A stretch of 64,000 nt of DNA from the human T2T-CHM13v2.0 reference genome, Homo sapiens. The notes beneath the pieces were generated by a model, which saw only the letters and a program-made list of their open reading frames with translations, had not been told where the DNA came from and did no database searches. The translations under genes were made by a program, and so were the position numbers. This document shows positions 37,645 through 50,265 of the stretch, in pieces; position 1 is the first letter of the stretch; each line of letters begins with the position of its first letter. The stretch covers positions 23,680,001 through 23,744,000 of the forward strand of contig CP086569.2 of assembly GCA_009914755.4 (NCBI GenBank), read 5' to 3'.

Positions 37645-40600
37645 GGGTGACACCTTTGACTGTTAGCTAGGTGTGTGTATATAAGAGTCACAATGTCACG
37701 TGTGTTCCGGGTCATCATATGACACACTCTATCATATCTGAAGGCTTGGTATGCATGAGACTTGCAATCTACTATGAGAACTACATGCTGATATTAACTC
37801 ACAATTTTACATATTGCTTTAAATCCAGTTATGATAGTCCACATCTCTCTTATTAGCTGGATTTAGACAGGGGACCCATTATTATGCCCCTGATCTGGGT
37901 CCAGAAATAAGTCACCATCTCACCTGTAACAACATCCACATATGAAACTCACGATTCCATCTTTTTACTTTATTTACATTTTAAACTCAGGGCTTCAGCA
38001 GTGGGATTTGTAAACATGAGATGGGGACAACATTGGCTCCACCTGCATGTGTAATCAAGAATCATGATTTTAACCATCTCCTGGGCCCTTTTATAAAGCT
38101 CTGTGTACCACGCAAGGATTTTATAGAATATGAGTCAGTGTTTTACACTTCTGTTAGCTTTGTTCAGATTTGCAACTCTTAATTGTAATTTAATAGGTAA
38201 ATAGTAATTTACCTATTACTCTAAGTGTAGAAATGAGAGGCAAAATATCTGCTATTGGTGGAATTCCAATTTCAGTTTGATAGTCACACTTCTGAATTGA
38301 AGCAATGTAAATTTCATAATCTCATTTGTAGAAAAAAATTAGCAGCAGAGTAGCACAACTTACATTCTGTGCCAAGCAATAAGTCACATTGCCCTCTCTA
38401 CACAGGGTCTGAAATGCGGGTTACAATATCTGGGTGCTGAACCCAGCAACATGACACAATCCCAAACGTGGATAAATCAAACCCAGACAAATGATGAGAG
38501 CAAATCACCTACAGAATTGGCCCAAGATATGTAAAAATACTTTCTGTTGCTCCAGCAGAGGCAGGAGAGTTACATCATCAGAGTGTGTGTCCTAGCAATA
38601 TGCCATAATTATATCTTTATGCAGAACCCAGTCAGAAAAGGAACACCATCTCAGTGCTGGGCCCAGCAATAGGTCAAAATTCCTTTTTACGGTCATGGTT
38701 CGGGAAAAAAAAGAAGAGTCATATTACATAATTATTGGGCTTAGCAATAGGTCACATTGACCAATTGTAAAAAAAAATAAAAATAAAAAAAATAAAACCT
38801 GCAGAAGAAAAGAGTCACATTACATAAGACACAGGCTCAGATATATGGTCCAATGTCCCAGGTAGGTAGGACTCAGGCATAAGAGAAGAGTCATATCACG
38901 TAGATGCTTCCCTAGGTTTATGAAATAATCTAACGTGTTAGGTGAAACCATGCAGAAGAGTCACATCACTTTGATGCTGGTCTAGAGATATGTCACAAGC
39001 CTCCCTTAAGACAGGACCCTAGCTAGAGAATTACAACAAATGAGTTCAGGTTCTACCCTTATGTTCAATGTGGGCAGAACCCAAGCAGGGAGTCACATTA
39101 TCTAGCTGATAGGTGCAGAGCTATGTCACAATGTCCTCCTTAAGTTATGGTCCTAGTGAAAGGGCACCATCACCTGTGTGACTGGCCTAGCAATATGTCA
39201 CTATTTGAGTAAGCAGGACCCAAGCAGGAGAGCAAATTCACCTAGGTGATAGGTCCAGAGATTTGTCAAATGTCATCTTAAGGACAGGGCCCTCGCAAAA
39301 GAGTGCTGTCACCTCTTTGCCTGACACAGCCATATGTTACTATCCCCCACTGTGTGCAGGGTCCATTCTAGTGTGTAGAGTTATGTCACCTAAGTGGTTG
39401 ACACAGTGATAAGTGCCAGTGATATCTGTGCACATGACTCAGGCAAAAATGTAACATGACCTGAGTGCTGGATCCAGTGATACGTCACAATTCTTACTGA
39501 GAGCAGGGATTGAGCAAAAACATCGCATCACCTAGAGGTTGGCCCAGGTAGATTTCACAATAACATATTGATCTGGAACAAGTCTGAAGAGTCAAATCAC
39601 ACAAGTGCTTGGCCAGCAAGCACAAGATTTATATCACAGACACAGTGGCAGAAAATTACCAGGATGAGATTTAAAATACCACACATGTCCTATTTTCATG
39701 AGTGACATTTGACTTCAGATATGTGAGACAGTGACAGTCCTTACTGTCAGCTGGGTGTGCATATGAGACTCACACTTTCACCTTCCTACTGGGTTCCATT
39801 ATATATACACTCTCAGTACAAGCCAAGGGCTGTTAAAGTCTTCTTTGTCCTTTTTTAAAAGAAAGTGATTTATTCACTCCTGTTTCTGAACGAAGTTATG
39901 AAACTTAAAATTACTCCAATTTCTGGGGTCCACATATGAGGGTTATTATCATGCCTGTGAGTTGTGCCTAGGTATGTGTAACAATTTAATCAGTGGCAAT
40001 GAAATAGGCACAACAGTCAAGTACAACAAATGCTGAGCCAGAAATATTCCAATATTCTCCTTGTTGGCAAGTTTCTGTCAGCAAAGTTGCATAACTTGGG
40101 AGTTACACCCAGATGTATGGCACAATGCCCCTTGTTGGCAGTGTCCAGACACAAAAAGAGACTCATATCACTTAAATGCTAGGCCCAGAGATATGACACA
40201 ATGTCGCATGTTGAAAGGACCAGGCAAAAGAGTCAGATCACTTGGATGCAGTGCTTAGAAATGGTACAATCCCCATTGGAAGCAGTATCCAGGCAGGAAA
40301 GGAGAATTAGATAACTAGATGATGGGTCCAGAGCCATGTTACAATCCTTCTTGAGGATACCGTAAATATAGGAGAGTCAAATCACCAAGGTGCTCAGCCA
40401 AGGTATATATCCAAATCTAATTTGTGGGCCACACGTAGGCAGGATTATTTAGTCTCTTGGGAACTGGGAAATAGTTTATGTCACAATGACACAGGTGGAA
40501 AGTTTCAGGAATGAGAATCACCCTCTTGTATATGACCTGGCTTAAGGTTTAAGAGTCATGATTAGTACTCTTATTTGGCCTCAGGTATATGGCACAGTAT

Positions 40601-42487
40601 CATCTGTGGGCAGAGAGCAAGCAAAAATATCGCATCACCTGGATGGGTGCTGATCCAGTGAGATGTCACAATCTTTCTTGTGTCCAGGACTCTGGAAGAA
40701 GAGTCACTTCACCTGGCTACTGGTTTTAGTGATATATCAAAATTCCTTGTGTGAGCAGGCCTTAAGAAGTTGAGGAGACTTATTTCACCTAGGCAATTGG
40801 CTATATATATGTGTCTCAATGGCTGCTGGTGCAAAACCAAGGTATGAAACTGACCTCACTTTGGTGCTGGGTTTATTAATATGTCACAATCTCCCCTGCT
40901 GTCAGGGTGAGGCAAGAGAGGAGAAACATGACCTATGTGCTGAGCCAAGTGATACTTTACAAAGCTTCCTGTTGACAGAACCCAAAATGGAGAGTCACAT
41001 CACCTGGGTACAGTACCCAGTTTTGTGTCACAATGCACCATAAGTGGAGGGCCAAGGAAGTAGAAGTGACATCACTTACATGATAGACCTAGATATGAGC
41101 CACAATGCCTTTTATAGGCAGAGATAAGGCAAATAATTTACCTCACCTGGGTGCTGGTCCCAGTGATAAGTAAATGTGCAATTTGTAGGCAGGTCCAGGC
41201 ACCTTTGCTTAGTTGTATGTTCCACATATGTCACAAGTTCATCCGTCCTCATGGCCAAAAAAGGAGAGTTAAATTATTCAGGAGTGGGGATAACTTTTAT
41301 GTCCTAATCACACACTAGGAAATATTCAGAAATACATTTCCCAGTCCCACACAAGTCTTGGCTTTGCGTGTGTGAGTCAACACATCCAGTGGCTTGGATC
41401 AAAACAGAGGAGTCACAATCTCAACAATGCACAAGATCCATGTATAAGATGCCAATTCCACTTGAAGATTGTGTTCTAAGAGGAGAGTCACAGCTTCACA
41501 GGTCTGCTGATTCATGCATCACAAAAGGATCCTTGGGTCAGATTTATTTATGAGAGAAAAAATTTCAAACTTCGACTGCTTTTTTTCATGAGATCTAGTA
41601 CGTTATTTGTAGGCCCTATTCTTGTGAGAGAATGACAATCAGGTCATCTGGGTGTGCATCCAATAGTGACAATAGCATCTGATTGTTGTTCCCTGTTATG
41701 ACACTCTTTGTACCACTCACGCTTTACATGATATGCCTGAGTGTCATAATCCTCTGTGAAATGTACACAATTAGGAGACTGATTACTTTACTTATGGCCA
41801 TAAGACTGGCTATGAGAATCAAAATGTCTCCCTTTCTGGGTCGAGGTATGATAGTTATATTTGTGCATGGTAGCTGAATGCAGCTATATGTCACAATTTC
41901 ACCTGTGGGCAGAAATATCACAGGAGAGTCTCAACACATGGATGCCAAGCTCAGGAAACATTATAATCTCCTTTGCAAGCAGGGCCAAGTCAGAAAAGTC
42001 ACATCACCTGGGTACAGCCACAAGTAATATGGTCCCATGTCCACTGTAGACAGGGTTGAAGAAAAAGAGGATAGTAACACCATCTTGGTGCTGGGCTCAG
42101 CAATATGTAACAATCCCCTGTTTTGGCCAACTTCAGAATACAGAGAAGAGTTGCACTGCCTAGGTTTTCCACTCATCGGTATGTCACAATTCCTTTAGTG
42201 GGTAGGACGTAGGCAGGAGAGAAGAGTGACATTTCCTAGATGTTACCCCGATGATGTCACAATGTTCCCTGGGGGCAAATCAGAGGCAAAATAGAAAAAT
42301 CACCTATCAGATAGGCTCAGAGATATGTGATATTATCCCTACTTGGCAGGACCCCAGCAGAAGAGTCACATTATTATGATTCTGTCCCAATGATATGTCA
42401 CAATGCACACATGGAAAACAATTGGAGCCAAAGTTTTAACACCTGGGTACTAGGCCTAATGATATGACAAAATCTCCTCATATTTTA
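37645..42487. repeat. Higher-order repeat copy 2 (4.84 kb)
   Basis: Landmarks at 37645 (A), 39740 (B), 41350 (D) and 41630 (C). Collinear with copy 1. Confidence 0.7.
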
Positions 42488-45400
42488 GGGTGACACCTTG
42501 AACAGTGATCTTGGTGTGTATATGAGTCACATTGTCATGTGTGTGCTGCATCATTTTATGATGCCCTCTACAACATCGGAGGGCCTTACATAGTATGCAT
42601 GAGAGTTGCAAACTACACTGAGGCCCACACACTCATATAGACTCTCAAACTTATATAGTGCCTTAAACTCAGGTGTGATAGTCAACATCTCTCATTTAGG
42701 CTGAGCTCAGGAATGAGACTTATTTTTATGCTTTGAGCTGGCTCTGAAAATGAGACACGATCGAACCTGTGGCCAGATCCACAAATAAGAGTCACAATTC
42801 CATATTTGAAGTGTTTTTACCTGTTGAACTCAGTTCCTCAACAATGGGCTTTGTAAAAGTGGGATGGTGACAACTTTTACTTTCACCTGGGTGTCTAATT
42901 GAGAGTTACAATCTTAACTTTTTGCTAGGCCTTGTTATGAAACTCTCTGTACCACCAAAGGAGTTTGTACAATACTAATTAGTGTTGTAAACTACTCTGA
43001 GTTTGGTACAAATATGCAAACCAGGATTTTACCTATTGCTCTAAGCCTTGTGATTAGAGGCAAAATATCTTCTATTGGTTGAATCCCAATATAAGTTTGA
43101 CCATCATGCCTGCGAAGTGGAGCAAAGTATATGTCATAATCTCATTTGTGGACAAAAAAATTAGGAAAAATAATAACATCACTTAGGTTATGTGGTAAGC
43201 AACTTGTCACAATGCCTTCCCTAGGAAGAATATAGGGGGAGGGTCATATTAACTGGGAGCTGGGCCCAACAATATTACACAATTTTTCTTGAGAAAAAGA
43301 TTAACCAAGGGATGAGAGCCAAAACACCTAGAGAATAAGCTGAAGACCTGTAAAAATTGTGTCTGTGGCTCTGGAACCAGCAGGACAGTAGCATCATCAG
43401 GGTTCTGGGGCCACCATTCTGCAATAATTCTCATTTTATTCAGGACAGTAGCAGAAGAGTAACATCACCTGAGTGCAATAGGTCAAAATTGCTCTTTGTG
43501 TGCATGGTTCAGAATAAAGAGTAGAATCATATGACCTAAATGCTGGTCTCAGCAATATGTTCACAACCACCACCACCCCCACCATTTTGAAGGGTGACAG
43601 GAGAAGAGAGTCATATCACTTAGGTCATGGGGTCAGAGATAGGTCCCAAAGTCCTCAGTAGGCAGAACTAAGAAAGAAAAGGAGAGTAGTATCTCCTATG
43701 TGCTTCTTTATGTATAAGTCACAATCTAACACATGGGCAGAAACCAGGCAGAAGAGCCACATTACCTAGGTGCTGGGTGCTAAGATGTGTCACAGGTCCC
43801 CCTTAGAAGAGAAACAAAGTGAAAGAGTTACATCACCTTGGTGCAGGTTTCACTTTCGTATCACAATGCTCTCTGTGGGTGAGGCCCAAACATTGAGTCA
43901 TATCAACTAGGTGATAGGGCCAGAGATATGTCACAATGTCCTTTTTGAAGCATAGCCCTGGGGAAAGAGTACCATCATCTGTGTGCCTGGCCTAGAAATA
44001 TGTCACTCTCCAGGTTGGCAGGGACCAAGTAGAAGAGCGGCATAACCTAAGTGATACTACCAGAGATATGTCACAATACCCTCCTTTGGGCATGGCTCTG
44101 GCAAAAAAATATCCCCACCTGTGTGCCTGGCTTTGCAATATGTCACTATCCTTCCTTTGTGCAAGACCTATACCAGAAAGGAGAGTTACATCACCCAATG
44201 TGGTTGACCTAAAAGCTAAACCCAAAAATATGTCAAAATTCCTCTTGTTGAGAAGGTTCAGAAGAGAGTGTCATGTCATTTGGATGCAATGTTTAGAAAT
44301 GCTACAATTACTAAAGTAAGCTGGGTACATGCCAAAAAGGAGAGTCATATACCCCAGATAATGGGTCCAGAAATATGTGGCTAGTCCCCCTGAAAACATT
44401 GGTAAGGTAGCACCGTCAAATCACCAATGTCCGTGACCCAAGTTTTGTCAAAATCTCATTTGTGGGACGTACCTAGGTGGAAGTGTTAAATTTCACAGGC
44501 ACTAGACAAAGGTGTACATACAATTACACTTGTGGAAAGGTTTGAAAATAAGGCTCACCATCCTATACATGTCCTGGCTCCAGACATATGAGTTTTTATT
44601 AGTCTTTTATTATGGTCTCAGGTATATGACACCATATCTCCTGTAGTAAGAGAGAAGGCAAGAAAGTCACACCACCTATGTGGGTGCAGTTCCAGTGAGA
44701 TGTGACAATCCACCTGGTGGTCAGGACCCTGGAAGAAGAGTCACATCACCTGGAAGTTCCTTTTAGTGACATATGAAAAACCCGCCTGTGAGGGTTTTAA
44801 ACTCAGAACCTCAACAGTGGGTTTTCTAAATGTGGGATGGTTGCAACTTCTAATTTCACCCGGGGGTGTAGTAGAGACTTCCAATCTGAACTTTTTGCTG
44901 GCTCATGTTATGAAAATTTCTACCACAAAAGAGTTTATACAATGTAATTTAGTGGTGTAAGCTTCCTTGAGCTTGGTATAAACATGCAACCCAGGACCTT
45001 ACCTATTTCCACAAGCCTAACAATGAAAGGCAAAATATTTTCTATTGGCTGAATCCCAATATAAGTTTGATCATCATGGCTGTGAACTGAAGCAGTTATA
45101 TATTATAATTACATACGTGTGAAAAACACTAGGCAGGAGGGTAATGACATTTTGATGCTGTGCCAGGAAATACTTCACAATGTCTTCTCTAGGCAGGGTA
45201 TAGGAAATTGAGTCACATTAGCTGAATGCTGGACCCAGCAATATGATACAATCCTGCATATGGGAAAAGACTCAGCCAAGTTATGAGAGCCAAAATACCA
45301 GCACAGTATGCCCAAGATACATCAACATATCTTAGTAGCTCCAGCACAAGCAGGAAAGTCACATCATAAGGGTACTGGGACCAGCAATATGTAATATATC

Positions 45401-48400
45401 ATAATTAGCTCTTTATGCAGATTCCAGGTAGATGGTTAACATCATCTGGGTGCTGGGCAATGCAATAAGTCAAACTTTCTTTCCTGTGGGCATGGTTTGG
45501 GTAAAAGGAGAGAGTCACATATCCTAAGTACTGGGCTCAGCCATGTGCCAAAATCCTCCTATTGTGAATGATCGGGCAGAAAAGGAGAGTCACATCACTT
45601 AGGTCATGGGTTCAGAGATATGTCCTAATGTCCCCAGTAGGCAGGGCTCATGTAGAAGAGGAGAGGCCCATCACCTACGTGCTTCCCTAGGAATATGTCA
45701 CTTTGTGACTTGTGGGCAAAAACCAGGCAGAATAGCCACATCACTTGGGTGGTGGGTCCCGAGATACATCAAAGGCTCTCTTAATGCAGCACCCAGCCAA
45801 GAGAGAAACATCATACTAGGTGTATGTTTTCTGATTATACCACAATGCTCCATACGTGTAGGGCTCAAGGAGGGGATCATTTCACCTAGGTGATAGGCCC
45901 AGAGATAGGTCACCATGTCCACTATGAGGCAGAGCCCTGGCAAAAGAATACCATCACCTGTGTGCCTTGCCTAGAAATATGTAACTCTCAAGTTTGGAAG
46001 GGCCCAAGCAGTAAAGCCACATAACCTAGATGATAGGCCCAGAGATATGTCACAATGCCCTCCTTTGGGGATCCTCTGCAAAGGAATATCCTTGCCTGTG
46101 TGCCTGTTCTTGCAGTGTGTCACTATCCTTCTGTTGTACAGTGCCCATTTCAGAGAGAAGACTTACATCAACTATGAAGTGCACAGAGAAATATGTCACA
46201 ATAATTTTAGTGAGCCTGGCACAGGCAACTATGTAACATCACCAGGGTGCTAGATCCAGTGATATCTCACAATCTTTACTGAGAGATATGACCAGGTAGG
46301 AGAGTCATATCACCTCGATGTTGGCCTCGGTAGGAATCATAATCCCATATATGGGCTGGAACAAGTCTGGTGAGTCAAATTACACAAGTGCTTGGCAAAC
46401 ATTTATATCACAATCACACTGTCATAAAATTCCAAAGATGAGATTTACAATACCACACATGTCCTGTTTTCATGTGTGACAGTTGCCTTCATCCATGTGA
46501 GATGATAACAGTCCTTACCTTCAGCTGGGTGGGTATACAAGACTCAAAATTTCACCTGGGTGCTTAGCTCCAATTTGACTCTGACTGTATAGTCCAAAGA
46601 CTTTGTAAAATGTATGTGAGTGTTGTAATATTTTGTGACCTTTGTACAAGGAGGAGATCCAGGACATCAAACGTGTCCCTAAACTTAGTTATAAGGGTGA
46701 AAATATTCTCTATTTTCTGAGTCCACATATGAGAGTCATTATCATGCCTGTGAGCCATGCCTAGGTATATGTTACAATTCCCTCTGTGGTTATGAAGCAG
46801 GCAGAACAACCACATCACCTAAATGCTGGGCTAGAATTATTTCAAAAATTTTTTTTGTATTCTGTGCCCTATCAGAAATCTCACAAAACTTGTGTGATAG
46901 ATCCAGCTGTGTGGCACAATGTGCCTTGTGGGCAGTGTCCAGGCAGGAGAGGAGAGTAATATCACCTAAATGATGGGCACAAAAATATGTCAAAATGCCT
47001 ATTGTTGACAGGGCCCAGGCAAGGGGTCATATCATTTGGATGCAGTGTTTAGAAGAGCTACAATTACCAAAGGAAGCAGGGTACAGGCAAAAGAGGAGAG
47101 TCATGTAGATGAAGCATCCAAGAATCAGTTACAATCTCCCCTGAGGACATTTCTAAGGTACCTCAGTCAAACTACCAAAGTGCTTGGCCAATGTGTTTGT
47201 CAAAATCCCATTTATGGGCTATACTTTGGCAGAATTATTAAATAAGTCAGTAGTTGGGCAAAGGTATATGTCACAATTACACCTGTGGAAAGGCTTAATA
47301 GTAACAGCCACCATCCTGCACAAGTCCTAGGCTCCAGGCATATTAATTGTTATTAGGTTTCTGTTATAATCATTGCTTTATGGCACAATACCACTTGTGG
47401 CAAGAGAAAAAAAAAAAGCAAGCTTCATCACCTACGTGGGTGCAGTTCCAGTGAGATGTCACAATCCACCTTGTGGGAAGGACCTGGTGGAAGAGTCACA
47501 TCACCTGGATGCTAATTTCACGGACATATCAAAACCCCCTCTCTTGGCAGGACTTTGGTAAGAGAGGAGCCTCACTTCACCAAGGCCATTGGCCTAGATA
47601 TATGTCACAATGTCTGTTCAGTGCAGTACAGAAGCCAGAGAGTGGCCTCACATTAGTGCTGGGCCCAGCTTTATGTCACAATCTCCCTGTGGTCAAGGTA
47701 CAGGCAAAAGCCAAGAAACACCACCTAGGTTCTGATCCAAGTGACATGTTACAATGCTTCCTGTTAGCAGAACCCAAAAAGAAGAATTACATCAACTGGG
47801 TACAGTACATGGTTATGTGTCACAATGCACTGTAAGTGAAGGGCCAAAACAGTAGCAGGGAGCCACAACACTTATGTGATGGATCTAGATATAAAACACA
47901 ATTTTTTTGTAGGTAGTTTTATGAGTTTTATGCAGATAATGCACATCACCTGGGTGATGGTCCCAATGATATATAACAGTTCCCATTGTAGGCAGAGCCA
48001 TGAAACAAGGGATCTATTGCTTAGTCGCTTGTTCCACATATGGCCCAATTTCTTCCATGGTCTGGGCCTAGAAAAGAGTCATATTAGTCATGTGTTGGGA
48101 AAGTTATCTTGTTCCAATCACACTATCAGAAAGGTTCAGAAATAAATTTCACATCCCACACAAGTCCTGGTTTTGTTTATGTGAGTCAACTGTTCCTATG
48201 CATTGGGTTGAAGTAGAAGAGTCACAGTCTCAGCCTGGAACCAGATCCATGTATAAGATCCCCAATCCCACTTGAACACTGTGTTCCAGCAGGGGAGTCA
48301 GAGCACCACAGTGTGCTGAATCATGGTTCAAATGTTACAAAACCACCAGTGAATCAGATTCCTGAATTAGAGTAATTATTTCAACCTTCAACTGCTTTTT

Positions 48401-50265
48401 ATGTGTGAGATTTAGTGCCTCATTCCTAGGCCCTGTTCTGTGTGAGAATGACAATCATGCCAGCTAGATGTGCATACAAGAGTCCCATCTGCCCCTTGTT
48501 TCTGTTCTCTGTTTGACACTTTTTGTCATTAAGACTTCATATGATATATCTGAGTGTTATAATCCTTCATGAAGTTTATAAAAGTGAAAAATCCAGGACT
48601 TTACCCATGGCTCTGAGAGTCAAAATATTTCTACTGTGTGAGTCCAAGTATGAGGGTTATTATTTTGTGCACGTGTGCTTAACTAAGATATATGTTAAAA
48701 TTTCACCTGAGAGCAGGGAAAAGGTGTAGGGGTGGGTTGCCCCTACACACCTGTGGGTGTTTCTCGTAAGGTGGGACGAGAGATTTGGAAAAGAAAAAGA
48801 CACAGAGACAAAGTATAGAGAAAGAAATAAGGGGACCCGGGGAACCAGCGTTCAGCATATGGAGGATCCCGCCAGCCTCTGAGTTCCCTTAGTATTTATT
48901 GATCATCTGTGGGTGTTTCTCAAAGAGGGGGATGTGTCAGGGTCACAAGACAATTGTGGGGAGAGGGTCAGCAGACAAACACGTGAACAAAGGTCTTGGC
49001 ATCATAGACAATGTAAAGGATTAAGTGCTGTGCTTTTAGATATGCATACACATAAACATCTCAGTGCTTTACAAAGCAGTATTGCTGCCCGCAGGTCCCA
49101 CCTCCAGCCCTAAGGCGGTTTTTCCCTATCTCAGTAGATGGAGCATACAATCGGGTTTTATACCGAGACATTCCATTGCCCAGGGACAGGCAGGAGACAG
49201 ATGCCTTCCTCTTGTCTCAACTGCAAGAGGCATTCCTTCCTCTTTTACTAATCCTCCTCAGCACAGACCCTTTACGGGTGTCGGGCTGGGGGACGGTCAG
49301 GTCTTTCCCTTCCCACGAGGCCATATTTCAGACTATCACATGGGGAGAAACCTTGGACAATACCTGGCTTTCCTAGGCAGAGGTCCCTGCGGCCTTCCGC
49401 AGTTTTTGTGTCCCTGGGTACTTGAGATTAGGGAGTGGTGATGACTCTTAAGGAGCATGCTGCCTTCAAGCATCTGTTTAACAAAGCACATCCTGCACCG
49501 CCCTTAATCCATTCAACTCTGAGTTGACACAGCACATGTTTCAGAGAGCATGGGGTTGGGGGTAAGGTCATAGATTAACAGAATCTCAAGGCAGAAGAAT
49601 TTTTCTTAGTACATAACAAAATGGAGTCTCCTATGTCTACTTCTTTCTACACAGACACAGTAACAATCTGATCTCTCTTGCTTTTCCCCACAAAAAGGCA
49701 GGAGAGACATCACCTGGGTGCTGAGCTGCTGATACATTATAATCTCATTAATAGGGTGGGCCTATTTAGAAGAGTCACATCACCTGGATATAGCCTCAAA
49801 TAATATGTCCCCAAGCCCACTATAGAAAGGGAATAAGAAAAAGAGGAGTTACTCCACATAGGTGCTGTGCTCTGCAGTGTGTAATAATCCACTTTCTTGG
49901 CAGGGCCTAGCATATGAAGAAGAGTCACATCACATAGTTTCTGCAATAAGCAGTACATCAAAACTTTTTTGGTGAGCAGGACACAGGCAGGGGAGGAAAT
50001 CACATAACCTAGATGTTAAGCCAAACAATATTTCACAATGTGTTCTGATGGCAGTGCACAGGGAGGGGAGAAAAATCACCTAGCTTATAGGCCCAGAGAT
50101 ATGAGATAATTTGCCCTGTTGGCAGGGCTCAGGCAGAACAGTCACATTATTATAATTCTAACCCAGTGATATGTCACAATGCACCCAACAGAAAAAAAAT
50201 GTAATCCAAAAACTCACAACACCTGGTTACTAGGCCTAGTAATATGCCAAATCTTTTTGTCTTTG
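42488..50265. repeat. Higher-order repeat copy 3 (7.8 kb: expanded by a partial internal duplication of block A at ~44760-45190 and by the LTR5 insertion)
   Basis: Landmarks at 42488 (A), a second partial A at ~44760, 46510 (B), 48160 (D) and 48460 (C), then the LTR at 48725-49692. Confidence 0.65.
48725..49692 (-). mobile_element. Solo LTR of HERV-K (HML-2), LTR5-type (LTR5_Hs-like), 968 bp, antisense, flanked by a 6-bp target-site duplication AAAAGG (48719-48724 and 49693-49698)
   Basis: The sequence is TG...CA bounded (tgtaggggtgggttgcccctacacacctgtgggtgtttctcgtaaggtgggacgagagatttggaaaag ... ctcttgcttttccccaca). Its reverse complement matches what I recall of the LTR5 consensus (tgtggggaaaagcaagagag...gggcaacccacccctaca; internal gatcctccatatgctgaacgctggttccc, aataaatactaag). 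The satellite unit resumes immediately after the second AAAAGG. A 6-bp TSD is the ERVK integrase signature. Confidence 0.85.

Noticed and set aside
49064-49441. 125-aa plus-strand ORF (the same applies to 32661-33056 on the minus strand, 131 aa)
   Set aside because: These lie inside the LTR5 solo LTR (antisense) and inside satellite block A respectively. They have no recognisable domain and no start context, and they are of chance length for these compositions.
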